64,000 nt of DNA from Caecitellus pseudoparvulus (taxonomy: Eukaryota; Protista; Bigyra: Bicosoecida), in assembly GCA_965644315.1 (NCBI GenBank), contig CBFFRQ010000066.1, positions 310,001-374,000 of the forward strand, given 5' to 3'. Below the pieces are notes generated by a model that saw only the letters and a list, made by a program, of their open reading frames with translations, had not been told where the DNA came from and did not search any database. The translations under genes and the position numbers were made by a program. Below are positions 34,801 to 43,800 of this stretch, one piece after another (the first letter of the stretch is position 1; every line of letters begins with the position of its first letter).

Positions 34801-37800
34801 GAACGAAGTGGCTGTTGCAGGAGTCACATCTGTCCACCCTCGCACGTCCAGCAAGCCCGGATCCCCGTTTCCACACCAGCGGATGGCATACTGGTATTGC
34901 ACGATGCTAGACACGTCCTCTGTGAAGCCAGACCACGAGGCTGTCGCTGTGCTTTGGGTAGGTCTGTGCAGAACAGTCGGACCACCGTGGGTCGCAGTGT
35001 CCCGCACCACAGCGTTCGTTGCGTCGGGGGGTGTCGTGTCGGACACGAAGCCGTCGGAGGCCACATCTGCCCACAGGCCGTTGCTGGCTACGCCGCGCAC
35101 AACGACATAGTACGTGCTGCCCACGACCAACGAAGTGACACTGGGATTGGAAGCTGCCGTGACATTGCTGCCTACGAATGTAAGGGGCAGCACATCCATG
35201 GGGTGCGTGGAGAGGTCGTCGATTCCAGCAGGCGGAGGGGTGGTGGTGACTCCCCAAAGGTAGCTCACCATTACAGCATCTCCCGCATCCCACCCACCCC
35301 AGCTGGCCACGACCTCCAACTGGGAGTGGCCATCTGTGTCGTGCAGCAATGATTCCAGCGGGTTGATGTCGTTCACATAAGCTGCGGCTGTTGATGGGCG
35401 ACTCTGTTCGATGGCCAGCAGCTGCGGCGGTGCGACGATCAGGTTGCCAGCTCTGTCATGACAGCGCACCCAGGCATGAACCTCTCCAGATGCAGGCATG
35501 GAGAAGGAGCCTTGCGTGCGCCACGGCACACTTGAGATGCACCTGCCATGCTGTGGACCGGGTTCAGGACTGAGGGCAGTCCAAGGTGTGAACGAGTCCT
35601 CCACAGTGTCGGTGCCAATGCTTGCTTCACAGGTTGCAAGGCACGACTCGGAGTCCAAGAAGGAAACTAGCACACGGAGGTGATCAGCTGCTGCAGAGGC
35701 AAGCACTGGTGTGGAGTCAGCGTCAAATGCCGCGGGATTGTCTCCGAACGTGCCGTACTGCATGAGGCTTCCTGGAACATCTGCCGCCAAAACGGAAGCG
35801 CTCGCTTCGGGCGCAATGGTGTCAATCATCACACCGTCGGACAGCCTCGTCGTAGAGAGCCCAGCCGCATTGAGCGCAGTGATGAAGGTATACACTGTCG
35901 TCCCAGAGCGGATGCTGTAATCCAGCTGGAAAACAGTCGACAGGTCTCCTGCGGGCACGATCCGAGCTTGGGCAATGTCATCGGTGGGCCGACCAAGAAC
36001 CGAGCCAATTCCAACCGTAAAGTGAACGATGGGGCTCGCATCCTCAGTCCACTGCGGCCAGTGCACGTGAAGCTGGTCAGGGGAGTTCTGGTAGTCAATG
36101 TCACACGTCGTCAAGTCTCCATTGTTCTCCAGGGGCGGGAGTCCGGTGCCAGCCGCGATGCAGTCAACGCCGTCTCGCAGCCCATTGAAGACGGGGGCTG
36201 TGTTGTCATATGTGATGTTGTCAGAAGACAGGATGGTGAACAAACCACCTCGGTTAGAAGCTTTCATGTGCACCGTGTACGTGCTGGCGTGAACCATGGC
36301 CAGAGTTTGGAAGGTGAAGAATGCAACCGGCGCGACGTCTATCCAGGTATCAGTGGGGGAGCCCGTGTTCACAAGCGAGCACGAGGAAACGTCAGCATGG
36401 TCTCTGGTAACACAGAACTGATAGTCAAGCAGCCCCCCGCGCGAGCTCTCTGAATCGAAGAAGCCATTCCACTGCCAAGACAGCACGTTGCGTCGTGTGT
36501 AATCTCTGTCCACGTCGGGGGACACATCCCCGAATACGTACTCCGACACGTCAACCTCCCGCACCCCCGCGCCAGCTGCAAGCAGAGGACGGGTCGTGTC
36601 AACCACAAATACTGGACTGCAAGCTGTGACGGAATCTCCGCCCACCGTTGAGTATTGGGCGACCCACTTGTAGGACCCGCCTGGTCTCATGGGCACTACG
36701 GGTGGCACAGAGAAGTAAACGTCGGACAGAGGGAGAAGGTCTGCATATCCACTTGCCAAGATATCCACTGCCAGGTGAGTGGTTGCTTTGGAGTAGGCGT
36801 GCAGGGCGTCCCGGAGGATCCATGAACCGCCGCTACTGCTGGCTCCTGCAGCTGCGGCTGTGGAAGCGACCGCGTTTGCTGGCGTACTGACATCCTTACA
36901 CTCGCTGCTCCACGACTGTGTGGCGGACTGCGCAGGCTGCATGGTATGCTCTGCAAAGGCCCCCGCGGGACATATTTCTGGCGGCAGCAGGCACAAAGAT
37001 GGCAAGGACCTGCCACACTGCTCAGCACGCAGCACACTCTGCGCGCCAAGCTCTGCACACGAGCCTTCGACGCGGAGCGCAGGCTCGCCTGCAGCCCAAG
37101 GCAAGCCACTGGTGTCTGAAGGTAGCCTGTGCGAGCCTGCTGCTGCCCAAATGCCGGGGCTGGCGCCGTCATTCAGAGATGTCCAGCAGGCACTTCCACA
37201 TAGCTCACGCAGCTGCCTCGCTTCACTTTCCGTGCGGGGTGTGGCCAGCTGCCCCCCTGTGGCTGCACATGCAGTTGCCGCATTGGCCCAAGTGGCGCTG
37301 CTCTGCAGCTTGGCGCAGGCGGGCTGCCCGACACCTTGCTGAACGTACTGCGTCCCGCTTGGGCACACATGCACAGGGGATACGCAGATGCCATGGTGCT
37401 GCTGCGTGCTGCTCACAGGAATGGCACGGAGAGTCCGGGAGTCGGCATGAAGCAGCACCCTGGCTCCAGAAGCGTCTGGTTCGGCTGCTGCCCAAGGCAG
37501 ACGAGACTGCTCTTCGCCTTCCCACAGCTCACCTGTCGGCAGCCAATCTTGCGAGAACCAGACTCCGCCAGCCTTGCGTGTGCCGAGCCAGCATTCTGAA
37601 CCTGTCGGGCAAATTGCTGCCAAGGAAGCAAGCGCATCTGGGCTGCTTGTGGAGACTGAAGCCAGCACTGCCCCAAATGTTGAACATTCACTGTCAGCCG
37701 CTGTGAAAGTTGATGCGCCTGCGGTCAATCGGGCACAGGTGCTTTCTCCAGAAGAGGAGACTATCGGAGAGAACCCGGCAGGGCAATCGAACACAGCTCG

Positions 37801-40800
37801 TTCACAGACGAATGCATGAAGCTCACTGCGCGCAGCGGTGGTCAGCTGCACGGTAAGATCATTCAACGAGCTTGAGAAACGGGCGGCATCTCCACCCACA
37901 GACGGGGAAGCGGGGGGGAAGGTTGAAGCCCATGGAAGGGATGACAGCTGCCCTGCCCCAAGAGTTGGCTGAGTCAGCTCCCATGCTCCTGACCCTGTCG
38001 CATCCTGCAAGCCCACCCAGCAGTCCAAGTCCAGCGCAAAGCACTCAGCAAAGGCGCTCACACGCAGCGTTGGTTCTTCAATGGAAGAAAACAGCCAAGC
38101 CCCTTCTGCTTCACATGTTGTTTGTGCAGCTGCAAAGTCAGCCTTGTCAGCGTGGAACTTGATGCAGCGGGAGTTCGTGCTGTTTCGGCTACTAACCAAC
38201 CTCCAGCCGGATGGGCATGACTGTAGTGGGACTCGCCCGCCAAGTGTATCATCAATCAAGTCAGTGTCACACCGTGCAGCCTCAGATTCCGCCGAGATGG
38301 CGGCGAGGCCCAGAGAGACGCTCAGCGCATCACATGAAACACCAAAGTCAGAGAGTTTGATGCTCATGCCGCTGTGGACAGGGACAATTGGACTTGGATC
38401 TTCAATGGCACCTTCGGCGGTAAACAGGCCATGGGGGTGATCAGAGCTCCAGAGAAGGTCCACTGTGCCCGGCTCCGCAAAAGATGGCACTGTTGGCTGG
38501 CCCGCAGTGTAACCTACACAAATTGCCGTGTCGTCGCAGATGGGAGAGAGGCGGCACTCGTTAATGCGCTTTTCCCCACACATGTGCTCATCGGCAAGCT
38601 GATAGAATACGGCATCACAGCTGCCGAGTCCATTGCACACGTAGCTGGAGTGACACTCCTGTGCATCGCAAGTGTATCCGGTGCCACCACACACGCCCGA
38701 CGTGCATGTGTCGTCGAAAGTGCAGAGGTCAGAATCGTCACAAGCCAGACCATCAACCCTGTTCGTCCAGGCTGTTTCGTCCTGCACCACATCACAGTAC
38801 TGGCAGTACGGCGCACTTGGGTTCACGTCGCCGTGGGCGTAGTCCACACCGTTGATTGTGCAGCCGCACAGCTTGTCTGGGCCCCGCACGACAACAGAGC
38901 CTCCGTATCCAGGCTTGATAGAGCATCCTCCGGTGCCATCGCACACCTCGCAGTCCTTTGCTTCATCAAGGGTAAACTCATACATATTACAGGTCGTGTA
39001 CGGCGTACCTTGACAGGTTCCGGCTGATGAACACTGGTCGGAGTGCGTGCAGGCAAGCTCATCATCGCAAGTGGTTGTCGCCTCCTTCTTCGTCCACAGC
39101 ATGAACGCCCCAGCGCCACCCGGGTCACACCAAAAGCATTGCGCATGGATGTCATCAGGGGTGTCCCTAGGACGATCAGAGTGGTACGCGTGGCACTGCC
39201 GCTCGCCGTTGCGGTCCAATATGGAGCACGCGTCGTCGTCGTTGCACTCTGTGCAACGGAACGACACCATCATTGCGCCGGGTTGCTCTAGCTCTCCTGC
39301 TTGAAGGGCTGTGCGCCACTCGTCTGCCTGGAGCGCAGGCGCGGATCCAGAGCTTGCTGTGAGAGCAGGGTCAGGCGTCCCAGGCCTGTCAGTCGAGCTT
39401 ATGGTAAAGTCTATGGAAAAGAAACCGGAACCTCCGCCACCTCCAGATCGCCCATCGCCTGCTACAGCACCCCCACCTCCGCCCCACAGCCCCCCGCCGC
39501 CATCAGCAGCGTAGTCCACACACGCAACGCCTGGCGAGCACTGCTGCACGGCGCCACTGCCTCCAATCCCACGCCTTCCACGGCTTCCAATGCCCGGCAA
39601 GTTTGCAAGGGGCGTCGTGGCCACACCACCAGCTCCACCTTGGACTCCGGTGCCGGCAGTTCCACCTGAAGCGGTCAAGGCAGCACCTCCCGCAGTGCCA
39701 GCGGCGCCACCACCGCTACCACCAGCTCCACACACTCGTGCATCTGGGCCAATTGAACCACCGCCACCACCACCCCCTCCAGCGACAAGCCACGAATCAG
39801 CGGGGTTTGTAGAGTACAGAGCAGCGCCTCCACCTGCGCCTCGATTCGCTCGAGGCTGCCCGGTTGAAAGGTCCCAAGGGAAGCCCATGCCCAGGCCAGA
39901 AGTGCCGTTACTCAGCACAGTCCAAGAGCTGGATGCAGGACCAAAGGCAAAAGAGTGTGTCTCAGGCGCCACTGAGTACTTCTCGGCCACTTTGCCGATG
40001 CTCATGGAGAGCTGCAGATCTGGCGTGACTCGAATGCGGGCCGTGGCGGCCCCCCCACCGCCGCCAACACAAGAAGTATCTGAGAGTCCTTGCGGGGAAG
40101 GGCCACCTCCACCACCCCATGCGGTCACGTCAGCTGCAAGTGCGCCTGGGGGGGTGCGGATGAGGTGTGTTCCTGGCGCTTGCACTGCTACACTGCGCCT
40201 GAAGGGGCAAAGGGGGGCCAGCGCAATGGCGTGGATGGCCACCGATCCCAGCCCCAGACCTCCGACTCCCACACCGGGGCCCAACATTGTCGACGTGACG
40301 GAGCCCGGGAGAGCACCGTAACCAGGGATCATCGTAGCGTACTCAATCGCAGGGCCGAGGAAGCTTGTCCCTCCACCACCTCCAGTGGCAATTCCGTGAG
40401 AGGACGCCCCAGCGCCCCCCCCGATATATCCCCCACCCCCGCCTCCACCATGGCGTAAAGCACTAGGTTCAACACAAGCACTCACACCCTGCCGATGACG
40501 CCCCCCTGGGGCTCCCCAGGTGCAGTCTTCAGCGGCATGGGCAGTGTCTGAGAAAGCCAAGCCACCTCCACCGGAAGCAGATTGCGGCAGGAGGGTCACC
40601 GAGGCAGGGTTCACGCCTCCAACTCCACCTGACACAAGTGTGACATCTCCACCACTCTCCTCAAGGAGAGTCGGCGCAGTCTGACCTTCAGTGCCACCCC
40701 CTGCACCCCCAGGTCCAGTCCCCGCACCGCCTCCTCCGCCAGCCACGAGCAACTCGCGCTGCGCATCGAATGCTCCACCAACAGCAGAGGCATCCAGCAC

Positions 40801-43800
40801 GGCTGACCTCGAGCCGCCAGATGAGGCTCGAGCCTTGTCCTCCAGTCCACGTTGGCTGAACGACCAGGGCGACCAAAGTCCCCCAGTTTGGACAAAGAGG
40901 GTGTCGCCCGGGGACACTTGGAGATACCCCCCTGCATACGCGCCACCACCTCCAGGCACGTGCTGCTCGGCGTGGGACAGCTCTGGGCTCAAGAACCCGT
41001 CCTGGTCAGTGCTAAATGCACCACCAGCACCCCACGCATGAACTTCCAGCCATGATGTTGCCGCCGGAACAGTCCACTTGCACGTGTGCCCTGGCTCTGT
41101 GTTGAACCAGTACACGCCATCGCGCACAGCGGGAGACGCGCAAGGCGGAACGACTTCGCAGAAGAAGAAGCGGTTGTCTGAGGGGCTGTACTTGCCCAGC
41201 ACCTCCGTCGTTGAGAGCGCTGTCGCTCGCGGATTCACCACTGCGTGGGGTGTTGCAGCATCGGCTACTTCCACATTGGGACAGGTGCCAGGCGAATCGC
41301 AGAAACCGTGCAGGCTGCCGAAGTGAACTTTTGCAGGCTCTGTGGCTGCTGCTGCAAGAGTTGATGCAATGAAGGCAGGGTCTGTGTTGTCAACGAATTG
41401 CCACCCTTCGCTGGGCGAGAGCAGCTCAGCTCCCACGTGGCCCAACTGAACATTCTTGAAGACGCGCCAAGCCACCAAGTCCACTTCTAGCCGCTCGCTC
41501 GGAGTCCACAGACTGCCCCCATGGGTATCACGGCAAGTGCTAGTTGCGCTCGCCACATCTGTGCTTGTGAGGAAGCCTCGAACGCAAGAGCCTGACAGTG
41601 GGGACCAGAACCAACCAGGCTCACAGGTTGAAGCGACGCTGCAGAGCGGCATCTTGTTCAAGGAGCAAGCGTCCACGCGCAACCCACCTCGCTCATCTGC
41701 CTTGGCATACCCACACTGATTATCTGCAGCAGACACGATGGGAAGAGTGTTCACATCATCGTTGTTCCCATCATCCCACGTTCGCGTGCTGGAGGAACCC
41801 GTTTTCAGCCCCAGCCAAGCATCTTGCCCGTTCAGCAAAATCCCAGCTATCATGGCGTTGGACCAGACCGAGTCCTCTTCATCCCAGATGCGGGCCAGAA
41901 AAGCGCCATCCACTGAAGCGCAGGTAGAAGATGCGGCAGACCAGCTTTCGCCGCTGGCGGTAGGGTCCAGCACAAAGCACTGACCTGTGAAAGGAGACGC
42001 AAACGCGATGGAGCTGGACGACGCACCACTTGGCACTGAGCATCCAAGGGCAGCTCTGGTGCACATGTAAGTTGTGCGCACACTGGGTGAGACGCTGCAA
42101 TCTGCGGCCCGAAGCAGGCCACTTGTGGCATTCATCATCGCACAGTGCCCCGTGGCAACCTGGGGCTCCCCCGCCTCCCAATCACCGCTTGCCACTTGGT
42201 CTCCGTTGGTCCACTGCCACTGGCTTGCACCGGTATTGTATCTTGCCCCAACAACCACAAAATCGACAGGGGCGCCAGTGAGAAGCCCGCCTCGAGCTGT
42301 GTACCGCAACCAGGCACTGCTCTCTACAGCCCCTGCCATGCCAGGCAAGGTTCCTCCTTGTGGCGAGGCAATCTCTCCACCACCTTGTTGGCACGCAGCA
42401 TTTGCATCTCCCAGCGTCTTGATGTGCCCAGCAGCGGTGGAAGCCGCGTTCATGGTGATGCACCGACCACTGAGTGGGTGGCGCTGCCACCCGAGAGGGC
42501 AGCCTGGCAAGTAAGCACAGAGCGCAGCATTAGCTTTGTCATGAGGCCCTTTGGGAATGAGCGTTCCTTCCCGCCCAACAGCGACAGACACGCCAAAAGC
42601 AGTGATACTTGGGCCTCGCGGAGAGTCTCCAGCTCGCCGGTCCCAAGCCACCCCAGCGACAGTTGCGGTGGGATCCAAGGCAGCATCGGCAGATGGAGCG
42701 AAGGGCCAGAAAAACCCAGAGCTAGCACCTGCTTGCGGGTCTGCTGCAGTTGCGTCAATCCACAGAGACATGTGCCGCTCGTCTGCCGCGAACGTGGACG
42801 AGAGCCAGTCCAGCTCCTCTGAGCCAGTTGCCCACGAGAGGAGGCGTGTGTTCGGGTGCAATGCTCGGCAGACATCGCGTGCCTCTTGAAGCGTCAAAGG
42901 TTCATGCGCATGGGTCGCCCGAATGCACGTGCCGGACAGAGGGGACTGCACAAAGCCGTCAGGACACAACACTTGCGGGGCCACTTGGGGCACGTGGACG
43001 TCTGCCTCTGCCAAAGCAGCGCGAGAGGCAGTGGCACCCTTGGCTCGCCCTTCATCCCATACACAAAATGGATATGCAACCTCAGTGGCACAGTCCACAG
43101 TTCGAGCACCTCGAACGTTGGTGCCCAGCACGACACAGTCGTGGCCAGACACGACAGGCTCAGGAAAGCCAGCGGTCCAAGGACCAAGACCGGTTGGATA
43201 GGAAGCGTCCTCAAACACTTGCATCCCCATGTGACCACCCCATCGCCGGGTGAAGGTGCTTGTGGCTGACGCATCTCGACGCCAGCCCGTCCACACTCCT
43301 GTCCCAAGGTGAACGGCTGTGTCCAGGGCGGTGCCCAGTGCTCGCACAGTGCCCAGATCCTGCCGGACTCTGTCTAGCATCCACTGCGTCTCGGCGATTG
43401 AGCTTCCCATTGCCAGAGAGGCGCCTGCCTGTTCAGCACATGCTTCGCGAGCGGCAGATTCAGAAACCGCTGCGCCAGTGAGCAACTTGTAGCAGCGGCC
43501 ATCGGTCGGAGATGGTTCAAAGCCAACAGGGCATGGCTCGCGCAGGTGTACCTCCTGGTCCGCCAAGTCGAAGGTGCACATGCCGCGCAGGTCAGGCGCC
43601 CCCGAGCAGGCGCGAGTGCCCAGTTTGCCGGTGACAGTGTTTACAACCACGCAAGACTCGGAGGCATTAGGGGCTCCCGCCTCCCAAGCAGGAGAGTCCC
43701 ACAGTAGCACAGAGTCTTTGTCTAGCCCAGAAGAGAAGCCCGTGGCAGCTCCCACGGGGTTGGCATCCCAACGCCAAACCTCCGTCGAACCGACCTGCTG

